NCBI GenBank assembly: GCA_026026165.1
Contig: JAPEUD010000064.1
Coordinates: forward strand, 1-64,000
Source of the DNA: Sarea resinae
Taxonomy: Eukaryota
Direction: 5' to 3'
DNA length: 64,000 nt
In this document: positions 35,716-47,664 of the stretch, piece by piece
How positions within the stretch are numbered: the stretch's first letter is position 1
How the letters are laid out: every line of letters starts with the position of its first letter
Made by a program: the position numbers and the translations under genes
Notes under the pieces: model-generated
Databases searched by the model: none
The model's input: the letters and a program-made list of their open reading frames with translations, nothing else
What the model was told of the DNA's origin: nothing

Positions 35716-37448
35716 ATGGCGGACGAGAAGAAGACACCGCCTGTTGTGAGGACTACCGACGAAAAGGCCTCGCCAGACGTGGTGATAGGTCAAACTGTCT
35801 CGGAAAGATATGCGGACGTGACATTACGACTCGTTGAGGATTATGGCTCTCAGGTCGAGCCGTTGAACCCAGCGAAGGAGAGGAAATTAAAATGGAAGCT
35901 GTATCTTCACATTACAACACTGATCATCTTCCTTGATCTCATGCTCTTTGTATGCCGTCAAATTATGTGCGAATGAATTCATACAAGAATTCCGCTGATC
36001 AGATATAGGTCGATAAAGCTACCTTGTCTTACGCTTCGCTTCTCGGGATATTTGAAGAGACACACATCACGAAGACAGATTATAACAATCTAAATACCTT
36101 ATTCTACGTTGGTATGTGAATATACTAATACCTGAGTTCTTTGCTATCGAAATCGGCAGGATACGGGCTGATCTCGATTATCTTAGGATATGTCGTTGCA
36201 CAATGGCCGGGACACTACCTCATGCAGCGGCTCCCACTTGGTCGCTTCGTTGGTGGAAGCGTCTTTTTATGGTCCGTTATCGTCTTTCTGCACTGCACAG
36301 CAAAGAACTACGGCGGGCTCATCGCACTGCGATTCTTCCTTGGCTTCGTCGAGTCCGTCCTCGTCCCGGCCATGGAGATGACGCTTGGCATGTTTTTCAT
36401 TCCTGAAGAGCGAGCTCTCCTTCAGCCGATCTTTTGGACCTCCTGCATGGGCGCCCCGATTCCCGCTGGCTTCATTGCATATGGCTTGCTCTACAGCAAA
36501 AGCTCCATCCTGCCATGGAAATTCTTCATGATCATCACCGGCGGTATCACCTTCTTCCTCTCCATCTACTGCTGGTTCTTTTACCCCAGCAATCCGGCCC
36601 AGGCTTGGTTCCTAACCCTCGAGGAAAAAGTCCACACCATTCAGCGCGTCCACGAGACCACCAAAAGCTCTATCGAACAGAAGCGTTTCAAAAAGAGCCA
36701 ATTCCTCGAAACGATCCGTGATCCTATCTCCTGGCTATTCGCCCTGCAAGTCTTCACCCTGATGCTCTCCAACAACCTCGCATACCAGCAAAACCTCCTC
36801 TACCTTGGCCTTGGTGTCTCAAATCTAGGCTCCACCCTGGTCAGTGTTGCTGGTGGAGGCTTCGCTGTTGTCTGCTGTATCGTTGCTTCATATCTCCTCA
36901 AGAAGTTCCCTAACACCAACGCCTACTGGGCAAGCTTCTGGTGTCTTCCTGCTGTCGCAGGAGGCATCGGAATGGTAGCTGTTCCCTGGCGCCACCGAAT
37001 CGGTCTTCTCGGTTGTCTCACGCTTGCCGGCAATACTTTCGGCATAACATATATCATCGCGCTTGGGTGGACGACCGCTACTGCAGCTGGCTATACGAAA
37101 AAGCTCACGCGTAATGTCTTGTTCATGGCAGGTTATGGGGTCGCAAATATTGTTTCGCCCCAAATCTGGCAATCTAATGCTGCACCACGGTACTATGCTG
37201 CTTGGATCGTGCAGATTGTCATCAGCTGGGTTGGGACGCCTGTCGTGCTGCTTGTGATCCGGTGGATATTGGCACGGAGGAATGCGGAGAGGAGAATTTG
37301 GATAGCAGAGCAGGAGGCAGCAGGGCATACGGGTGCGGGCTACGTAGAGCAGGCTGACGATGATGGAGAAGTTGTCAAGGTAGAAGTGGACATCTCATTG
37401 CTGGATCTGACGGACCTGGAAAATAAGTACTTCATCTACCCGCTGTAG
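35716..37448 (+). CDS. MFS transporter, allantoate permease (Dal5)/ACS family; introns 35950-36008, 36112-36186
   Basis: Motifs [52 protein letters not shown] and the C-terminus [15 protein letters not shown]. Confidence 0.92.
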
Positions 37449-40400
37449 CCTTTTGCTAGCCACGAAGACACATAATCTCTGCTTAACATATTACAAGAAA
37501 AAAACTTGATGGTTCCCTCGGCAATCACTGTAAGGTTGGAATGATTCCTCGCTGTTGTTTCGTAGCTCGTGCCTATAGAACTCAGCCGCAAAAAGTAATG
37601 TACGCCGTACAGTATTAGACCGAAATTTCCCGGGAACATGAAATTAGAAGGCTGCCCTTTCGTTGGTCCGTGTATTAGTAGTTCACGTCCCAATCTTTAT
37701 GCAGTTCAATCCTGCTTAAGGGCTTTGCTTTTCAATCTTTCCGAAACGAGAATCAAGTCAACCAGAGTCAGCAATTCATCTGCGACTCCGAAGCGGACGT
37801 CGACTGATATGTGCGTTGGCTAGTGTAGGGAAGGATTGTAAGCTTAAGCTTTGGATCTCCCATCATACCTGGCCATGCAAGCCACAGCGCTTCAAAGGGA
37901 TCTGGATCTTCTCAGGGTTCTTCAACAGGTGGACACCTGACAAAATATAGGGTAGCCGCCGCAAACGCCAGGCTACGATAGGTACCTATATACCTTAGAC
38001 TCAAAAGTAACGAATGTGCGGGTGCCAGCGGATCAAGTATAGGCGCATGGGAGACTGCCCTAAGCTTTGTCGACTATCGTCTCAGCATCTTGGATGGACT
38101 TGCTTGCATTGATCAATAATACTGCTCAGCGCTCACACGCAGGATCTATATTCAGTCGACAAGTCAGTGACGAGAGTTCCACCTCGAATTGGCCCGAGCA
38201 GTCTCGCTTGTAGGCATATCCATCCAATCCTCACTTTGCCATCTTTGCAAGCGCCTTGATGGCTGTTCACCGTACGCTCGCCCTACGAGAACGGAATCCT
38301 ACAAATCGCTTCACCGCTTGGGTGAGCCCGTTCCGCCTACATGGTATCTCGACCATCATGCTTGTCCATCATGCTGCTTCTTTCGTTTCCGCACAGGCGT
38401 GAGTGCTAGCATGGTTCACAACAGTCAGTACACAGGATACTTCGATCGAGTGTCTCAAGGGGTTAGCAGCTTTCAGCTTCATTTCTGCTGGGCCACTGTC
38501 TATTATGACTATTGCATACTTCAAATATGGGAGCAAGAGGTTATGTGGTTGGAACTGATGCATTTTGGAACAGCAAGCGAAAGAACGAGCTTTCGCGTCC
38601 TCACGAGGTATAACAACGTCGTGACAACGGTTTCATTCCCAATGCATGAATGTTCCAGAAGGACAAGCATCGGACCACGCCTCACCCACCGCCTCGAGCA
38701 GTGGGCAAGCCGCAGCGACAACCCCTACAGCAGTAGCTCGTGGTTAGGGGTCAAAGTGGCAGCCAGGGGTGTCGCAGATCTCCGCTTCTCGCTTACTATC
38801 TGCCAGTGAACCCCGAGGACTGGAATTGAACAGGGGCAAGCATGGCAAAACGCACTACTTTCATCAGGGGCTGCTCAACCCCCTTGGCACTCGCATTTGG
38901 GGGCCTCGGTGCCCTTGTGGTTTTTGCTTATTGGGTCCACTATCGGGCATTTACTCAAGTCTAACGTTAGGGCAGCCCTTAGCTTGACCCGACCGGCCCG
39001 CGGCCGTCCCTATCAGACCTCGTGTCTTCATTGTATCGACGATTTCAAAGCAGTTCCATCACGCACACACACGCAGTAGTAAACTCCACCTCTATGGAAC
39101 GACGGACTTCGCAGGGGCCCGATGGCCTCACTGGCTCGAAAAGAGTCGGTCGATTCATCGACGTCACTGCTGAGGGTTTCATCACGGCCATGTGTCCAAT
39201 GAGTTGTCGTTTTCGTAGAACTTCTCCGCACTCTACTGCGTAGTAGTTGAGTACTTCAAGATGCAGGTACAATGTTGCTTCGCCCGAAAAGGGAGCGAAT
39301 GACGAAAAGGCAAACATCCGAATCGGCCAGCCTGTTTGGTCCCTTGCAGCTCAGCAAATCCGCCTCCGCTTCGTCTGCTTCACCCTGAGACATCAGCCGG
39401 ATACGAACGGATCTCTACTGGTTCAAGGAATAAGAAAGAGTCGTTAGATCTGAAGCGGAAAGTCTCAGGTTTCTTAGGACGCATCCAGGTTGATGCATCT
39501 GGTGGATGTGGGGACTTCTGGGGCGAACCCTTCTAACGCGTCGTGAAGCCCAAAAAGAATGCCTCCCAAGCTCATTCCTAGCTTGTTCTGGGTTTTCCTC
39601 GTAGAGATCCTCCTGATCCTCCTAGTTTCTCGTTCCCTTTTCGCGTTATTGGTCCGCGAGTACTATGAGTATGCGAACGTGCCCGGCTTGTAGTGTATGG
39701 AACATATGCTATAAAGCGGTCTCCTCTCGGTTTTGTGCTGCGTCGTGCTGCTTTCAGTCGATTCCACACCGAGCCTTCTTTCGATCTTATCCAAAGGCTA
39801 GACCTTCTATCTTCTTGTATTTTCCATTCCAATCTTCCACTCCTTTGTCTTGCTTTAGGCTGCCTGTGGCAGACCTCAATTGGAACTTCTGATATCCCGA
39901 GAACATTCTTTCGGCCTCGATCTTGGACATCGGCGACTCGACTGTATAAGGTGCTTGTGAAAGCGATCTGTGAGACCTGAGACATTCTCGAAAGGTATGA
40001 CATGCCTGCGACCTGGCTATTGTTTGTTTGAAGAATGTTTTGTCCTGGGAAATTGTCGGGTTATTCACTGGGGTCGAAGGAGAACCCTTTGGATCTGTAA
40101 CATACCATCGCGAGGATTCTCTACTGCCCAGTGCCATTGCTCTGGTTTGGAGGGCCTTCCTTTCTATTCTGGTCGTTGATATATTTTTGTTTCTCACATT
40201 GTGCTCACAGTATCTGTCTTGTTTGGGCCACCTTGCTATTCACGCCTTCTTCGCATTATGCTATCTGTTCTGCCTACTCAGGCTATTCACACCATCATAC
40301 CGATTTTCTATTCACGACCTCTACATTCTCTGATGACACTTGCCATCTTCTATAAAGCCATTTGTTCATCACTCCACATTTCTGCCATTTCTCTCCAACA

Positions 40401-40620
40401 TCATCTCTTGCTATCAGCTTCTTCATTCCTCATCTACTCTTCATATATCTCAAAGCGTTGATCGCTGACATTGAAAAGCACTCTCTTTCAGACAAGCCTC
40501 AGTCCTACACGATCTCTTGTAGCTGATCATAAGCTTCATTTGGCGTTCCTTTTACCACATCTCTATCACTGATAGCTATTGCTCGTCTGGTACGACAATA
40601 CTACGCGGCTTCCGACCAAG

Positions 40621-41853
40621 ATGCATTTCTCTATGACAACTCTCGTGGCTGTGGTCCTCGGATATTCTACCTACGTTCACGCGCACATGATCATGGCCAA
40701 ACCGGTTCCTTACGGAAAATCCTCTTTGACAAATGCTCCACTTCTAGCTACTGGAGCAGACTACCCGTGCAAGCAACGCACAGGCGTCTATGATGCCGAA
40801 GGCGCTAACAACGAAATGGCATTGGGATCTTCGCAGCCCCTTGAATTTACCGGCAGTGCTGTCCATGGTGGAGGCAGCTGCCAGGTCTCAATTACCTATG
40901 ACCAGAACCCTACGGCAGACAGCACATTCAAGGTCATCCACTCTATCATCGGAGGGTGCCCTGCTCGTAACGCTGCCGGAAACGAAGGCGACAATGCAGG
41001 TGCTCTTGATCCGGACACATACAACTTCACTATTCCGACTGGCTTGCCGACCGGAAGTGCCACACTTGCATGGACTTGGTTTAACAAGATTGGCAACCGT
41101 GAGATGTACATGAACTGTGCGCCCATCACTCTCACTGGAGGAAGCTCGAAACGAGACACCATCGAGGAACGGACTGCGGCCAACTCATTCTACAATGGAC
41201 TACCGTACATGTTCAGGGCCAATTCAGGAAACCAATGCGCAACTTTGGATTCGACAGACGTCATATTTCCAGATCCAGGTGATTCTGTGGAATCGGACGC
41301 CGCATCACCAACCACTAAATTGCCGAATCCTACGAACTGTGGTTCAGGTGGGCCGTCTGGTTCTTCGAGTAACGCCTCAGGTAGCGCACCTTCGATCACT
41401 TCATCTCCAGTCGCCGGTGCGTCTTCAGCCGCCGCCTCGCAGCCGAGTAACTCTGGAGGTGTTTTCGCCAGTGGTGCCTCTTCAGCCACCAGCGCAGCTA
41501 GCATGCAAAGTAGCGCTGCAACCGCAACTTCTACTGCGCAATCAGGCCCTGCCTCCTCGGCGATAGCTTCCTCAGTGGCAGCTGTACCTTCAGGCGCATC
41601 TCCTAGCTCTGGTGGTAACAGCTCATCTGGATCTTCAACAGGCTCATCGTCGGGTACGTGCTCAACTAGTCAGGACGGGCAATCCATATGCTCTGGCGAT
41701 GGCAAGCAGATTGGCATGTGCAATGCCGGTACGGTTGTATGGATAGATGTTGCAGACGGTACGGTCTGTCAAAACGGGTTTCAAGTTGCAGCTCGCAGCC
41801 TTCGCTTCTCCAGAGCTCACCTTCGCCGACGCCATAATTCTAGATGGAATTGA
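40621..41853 (+). CDS. Lytic polysaccharide monooxygenase, AA11 family, with Ser-rich linker and Cys-rich C-terminal module
   Basis: The signal peptide ends VHA, giving His1 (HMIMAKPVPYG). Further motifs are DYPCKQR, GSAVHGGGSCQVS and AWTWFNKIGNREMYMNCA. The gene is intronless. Confidence 0.9.
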   Translation: MHFSMTTLVAVVLGYSTYVHAHMIMAKPVPYGKSSLTNAPLLATGADYPCKQRTGVYDAEGANNEMALGSSQPLEFTGSAVHGGGSCQVSITYDQNPTADSTFKVIHSIIGGCPARNAAGNEGDNAGALDPDTYNFTIPTGLPTGSATLAWTWFNKIGNREMYMNCAPITLTGGSSKRDTIEERTAANSFYNGLPYMFRANSGNQCATLDSTDVIFPDPGDSVESDAASPTTKLPNPTNCGSGGPSGSSSNASGSAPSITSSPVAGASSAAASQPSNSGGVFASGASSATSAASMQSSAATATSTAQSGPASSAIASSVAAVPSGASPSSGGNSSSGSSTGSSSGTCSTSQDGQSICSGDGKQIGMCNAGTVVWIDVADGTVCQNGFQVAARSLRFSRAHLRRRHNSRWN

Positions 41854-42746
41854 GTGTTTTCTACTGGCTCAGTACCATGTACTTCTTTCTTCCTTCGAGA
41901 GACTAGGGCCATGATGACTCTGGAACCCTAAATGCGGCGTTGATTATTTGGGGAGCATTTTACGTGGAGTCTTTAGATAGGATATAGGAGGCTCCTACAT
42001 ATGAGAATTGAAGACAATCTCAGACAATTGACCGATCTCTACGCGGCCTAATAACAAGTGTTAGATACCATAGTATGCAATCCGTGAAGTTGCGATATCT
42101 CCCATTGAAATGGGTGATATTAGGTGGGTACCTAAGGTAGGTAGTTGTGGAGTTGTGAGTCTTCTATTACAATAATAAGCGAGCTGCTTTATTCGCTACT
42201 CCGCCTGCATGGTGTGCCAGATCAATCGTTGTGCCAGGTCAACATCTGTCTTATTGGATGCTCAAGACGCCATTGATACTACATCGAATCCAATTATCCT
42301 CCGCCTCTGCGCTGTGTTGTAGCTATGCCTCGTCTGGACTCACACTCATACCACTACCTACTAATCAGAGGGAATGACTGGACTCTCTGCAACGACATCG
42401 CAAATTTACGCCATGCTTCAGGGCGCTCAACCCCCTTCACGAGATGCTCACGTTTCATCTTCTGTTTATGCAGGAGGAAGCCAGTGAGATGATCTCGGTA
42501 TGCAAGCGAGATGCACACCGTGCCCCCTCTGTCCCCTCTGTCCCCTCCGGCGCGTAGAGGCGGCTATGGAGTAGAGGCTCAAGCATTGCAGCACAATCTG
42601 ATTCAGACTATGCCTACTTACTCAAATAGTGATGATTGCCTCTCCTTCGACGAGAATGTACTTTCATTGCATTTTCTGCTACTGTTATGGTGGTGCTGCT
42701 CGGAGACAATTGCTTTGCTTCATTGATTTGCATCCATATTCCTTTG

Positions 42747-45700
42747 ATGTATCGAAATATTATCTCGTCGCGCGGCGAAGATGACCACCGAAGCGGCCGA
42801 CATCGTGGGTCGAAGCCATGGCCTCTAATTAACTTGTTTTCCATTCGATCGGATAAATCGCTACGGACTGGTTGAGTGACTTAATCATCTTTACTCTCTT
42901 GCAAATATTGCTGACTACCGGACAGTCGCAGAAAACTCCCACACTGTTGCATCATGGAAGCCTATTACATTGCAAGCACCGGTCCTGGGAAGCCTCGTTG
43001 CCCTATCAGTCCTTTTGATCACTTTACTCGAAATACTATCTAAAAAGAGCGAGAAGTATGGTGGAATACTATTTGCAGAGGATCTTAATGATTTGCCTAA
43101 AGGCCAGTCTTTTGCATATCTTTATCTTCCAACCGTCATAGCGGTATTTTACAGTATGATATGGACCTGGATCGACCTTGATGTAAAACGACTAGAGCCG
43201 TACTTTCAATTATCGCAGCCTGGGGGTGCTCCTGCAATGGATTCCGTACTCCTTCATTATCCATTTGACTTCGTTGCATTTGTCCCTATCCGAGCCGCGA
43301 GGCGCAGGTATGATGCAGACTACTTCTATAGATCTTTCAAACTAATTCACGCATAGACATTGGTCAGTGTTCTGTGCTGGTACGGCGATGGTGCTCATCT
43401 TCTGGGCTATTACCCCCTTACAAAGCGGCATATTTTCGACGGCTACTATTACTGCATCAACATCTTCACCATTGGTTTCTCGACAATCTTTACTGCCCGT
43501 CGGGATACAGAGTTCTACTCTCGACGCGAATTTTCTGAATTCTGCCTATAGCACCCTTTGGTTAGGCCAACGACTGCCACCATTTACTGCCCGAGATTTC
43601 GCCATAAGTCCTTTCGTGTTGGATGGTCTCACGGCAAATCAAGCTAAGAACAAGACATGGTCGGCAGGAGCTTTGATGTTTACGACCGAGCTATCCTGCC
43701 ATGCAGCTATTATTGGGAACACCACTCTGGGCTATACCTTCTCAAACGAGAAGGATTGCTTGACTGAACCTATCCAGCTCCCAGAATTTGACTTGAATAG
43801 GTTCAGTGCTTTGTATGTTGGGTACTATGATGACCCCAATGTTGACTGGTCATTACAAGGGCTTGGCTGCCCGCCCAATGCCTCTCATAACTTCCTTGCA
43901 GTCTGGTCCGAGGGACATGGCAGTTTCACGTCAAATATCACTGCAATGTTCTGTGAGCCGACCTATTTTGTTCAAGATGTAAACGCCACCATAACGATTC
44001 CAGAGCTTGTGGTTGCATCTGTCACTCCTCAGGGGCCCCAACGTGTCCTGTCAGATGATCTTTTCAACATCACCGATTTCGAATACATCATCGGCACCGG
44101 TGTGATTCCAAATGCACAAAGGCGTGATATCCCCGGTACAGCTATAGTGGAACAGTGGCCTCGCCTACAGAATATGAGTCTGGCATGGCCTACCACGAAC
44201 ATGGTCGGATTCGCCATTGGCGCAACCAGATTGGAATCCGAAGAGTATATGGACCCTGCGACCTTGCAGGCCGCGTTCACTGATGCGCATAAGATTCTTT
44301 TCAGCTTCGCGGCTCATACTCTGATGGCGTCAAATACCAATACCTCCGCTCAGGAGGCTGGATGGATCTCTTTCCGCATTGATGCTGTCGTCGTCATTCG
44401 AGCTTTTGCTCTTATCGTGGAGATCTGCATTGGACTAGTGGCTGGACTCTCGTGTGCAATTTTCTGGATTTCTATGTCTCGTGCGAGCAAGCTACCAGCA
44501 GACCCAGCATCAATGACTAATCTAGCTTATTTGATACCTGAAGATTCTGGACTTCTCGACGAATTCAATGCCATTGAAGACAGCACAGACCTGGATCGCA
44601 TGTTAAGAAATACCCGCTTGGAACTGAGCATCAAGGGACGGGACAGCAAGCCGGACGTGAGAATCTGTATGCTGGAAAAAACAAAAATTCCTTTAACGGA
44701 GTCTGCTCAGACATCACATCGCCGTTCTAAACCAGTTCGGCCCTTTGAAATGAGGCTTGGTATTGCGGCAGTATTTATATCCGTTCTGATTGCTTCTATC
44801 GCGACCATTGGGGGCCTTCAAGTTTGGATAAAGAGACATAACGGTATTCTCTCATGCCCTAGATCAGTGGTATTTCTCACTAACAGCGGATGATGTCATA
44901 GGCTTGCCTCTGCCGTCATCGAGCCCCATCGTTCGTCAGCTCCTTACAAATTACCTACCGACAGCGTTATCGACGTTCATAGAACCATTCTGGGTTCTAC
45001 TTAACAGGCTTCTTTGCATTTTGCAGCCTTTCGAAATGCTGAGACAAGGCAAAGTTAATGCCTCAAAATCTCTGGACCTCAAATACACTTCTTTACCACC
45101 TCAGTTGGTGATATGGCGTGCTCTTCGAGCTAGGCATTTCCTTCTTGCTATGGTCTGTGGAGTAGCGTTCATGGCCAACGTGCTTGCTGTTGCCCTGAGT
45201 AGTCTATTCCAAGAAAGTCGAATCATGCTGAGGGGAACGACTATTTATGACTATGGTCATCAGCCACGCTTCAACGGTACCTCCTTGGTTTATATCGGTA
45301 GTAACGATGGACCTCCGATCACTTACGCTGACCATTTCTATGTTGCACATACGAACATAAGTAATGGCACTGCCTTGCCGCCTTGGATCACCCCTGAATA
45401 CTACTTTCTCCCCTTTAGTCCGACGCCGCAGGACAGCGTTGAACAAGTAGACCAGCATACCGCAATTACTAAAGGCTTCGGTGTTGATCTGGACTGTATC
45501 CAGCTAAATGTTACCGGAAATAATAGCGGCGTCGTGTTTGATATGAGCGCCAATGGGAAAGAATTGAATTTCTCAACTCCATTGACGGGCTCGGACGGTC
45601 AAGAAGTTCAGTGTATCTACTACGACGGTTCGGGTATTACTATAGATCTCGGAGGTCTGCCCAATGGAACAGTAGCCTTGGAGATAATGCAGCAGATGAA

Positions 45701-46691
45701 CAGCGAAAACAATATCGGCTTATCTCCTGTGTTGTGTGAGGAGTTTCTGATGGCTGGATGGCTACACGCCAGCTTCGGATCCGCACCAGCAGACCATTCT
45801 GAGTCAAGCGACACAGTTTCCTCGTTGGATTCCATGCTTATGGCCTGTCGGCCAAGCTTCAAGACTGCTTCGTTCGAAGTAGTGGCTGATGCTGCCGGAG
45901 AGATACTGGCGTCCGTTCAACTAGGAGACTTCGAAAAGGATCTTGACAAGTATTTCGCTAATAGCTCCACGCAAAGCTTACTTCTTGCCGAAATGAACTC
46001 GTTGATGAGTGCTTCCGGAAACACTCACTATTGGCATAACGACTCTATCGCGAACGACTGGATGAACTATCTGGTCAAAGCAACCTCAAATATAAGTGCA
46101 CTTATCGATCCTCATGCATCAATCCCAGACTTTGAATCGACAGCCGCAGCACTTGAAGAAACATATGAAAGATTGGCTGCAATTCTGTTGGGACTGAACC
46201 CACACGTCTTCACCCCGTCATCTGGGAACGATGTGGTCCGGGGTTTCGTCCAATGGCTGTCTCCGCGTTATTTCATGTCCACGCCGATGTTCTACATCGC
46301 AATCGTTATCCTGAGCATCAATGTTGTTGTTGCTATCTTATACTACGTTTGCCGCCCAAAGAGGTTCCTACCTCGCATGCCTACAACAATAGCCTCAATG
46401 ATGGCATACTTCGCTGCTAGTCATGCCATAACAGAGCTATCTGCGAGAGACAGACGTCTCTACACGGATTCTGCCTGGGAAGATGAGAGATTCGCGTATG
46501 GCAAGTTCATCGGCACGGACGGGAAAACTCATGTCGGCATTGAGAGGCATCCGTTTGTAATACCACTTGCATCTACCCCCGCTCCTCTGGTGGAGACGAG
46601 CCTTGATGGTTCTGGTCAGAGACATCGCAAGCATGGCCAAAAGAGTGGATCCGAAGGGAGTGAAATGACACCTTTCCCTGCTTGGATATGA
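42747..46691 (+). CDS. DUF3433 membrane protein, paralog 1 (start uncertain)
   Basis: YLPTVIAV...WIDLDVKRLEPYFQLS and a second copy YLPTALSTFIEPFWVLLNRLLCILQPF, plus FLPRMPTTIAS. Introns are near 42871-42925, 43309-43357 and 44844-44901. Confidence 0.82.
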
Positions 46692-47664
46692 AGGAATGGA
46701 CGAACTGGATCACATATTCGACTATTTGCGATTTTGATCAACGGGTTCGCATAGCGATTGGCGCATGGAGGTTTCTTTTTCTTGTGCAATTGTACATACA
46801 CATTGTCACCAGCACTTCCTCGGCTTGAAACTTGTAAGCAATAAGGTAGTACAGTGAAAGCATTCCGGCAAGTATTCAGCACTTTAGTCGTTGATAAAGT
46901 GCAGCAATTTGCAACGGAGTCGTGACGATCATCAACTGATGTTACAGTGGCTCGCAATGCTTGGGTACTTCGCCCTTAGTATCCAGTACGCTGGCTTGCA
47001 AGGCGTCTAAGCGATGTTCGGAGGTATGGGAAACTTTACGGCTGGGATAAGACGGGTACCTGGCGGCAAGCTACAAATGGTAAATCCGTTGTCTTTTTGT
47101 GTCCAATGGGCTCGAGCTTTAGCTCCGGCAGCACCGCCGGCACAAGCACCTAAGCGCCCAACTGCCATAGCAGTGGGGCGATAAACACTCATCCACACGG
47201 CTATGGCGACATGAAAACCGCAAGAATAGAACGGCAGTCAAGAGCGTCCAATGGCTTGCGCTTCTACTCAACGGTCAGCGTTGAACGATCATGCATACAT
47301 CCATGGCCAATCCATGGCCATCCTGGTCGGCTCTTGTCTCCATGGATTTGCCATGGAGTCTTTGTTGCCGGTGGGCGTGTATTTAGCCTTGACGTGCCCC
47401 ACGAAAGCTGCCGATAGAGCTGATGCCAGAGCTGATGCCCATGTGCTGAAATACCATCATGTCTGTCTTGTGATGTGCCTTTTTTTCTTTCGTCTGAATT
47501 TCTCATCTGCTATGGAATAACCTAGCTACATGGCTGAGATGCCTTTCGCGCCGCTGATGACATTTTAATGCTGTGTTCTTCTCTGTGTGATCTTATACTT
47601 CCTCGATACATATTTTCCTTGCAGTGAAACGAAACGCCGGATATATTGGATCTGTTCTTCGAGC

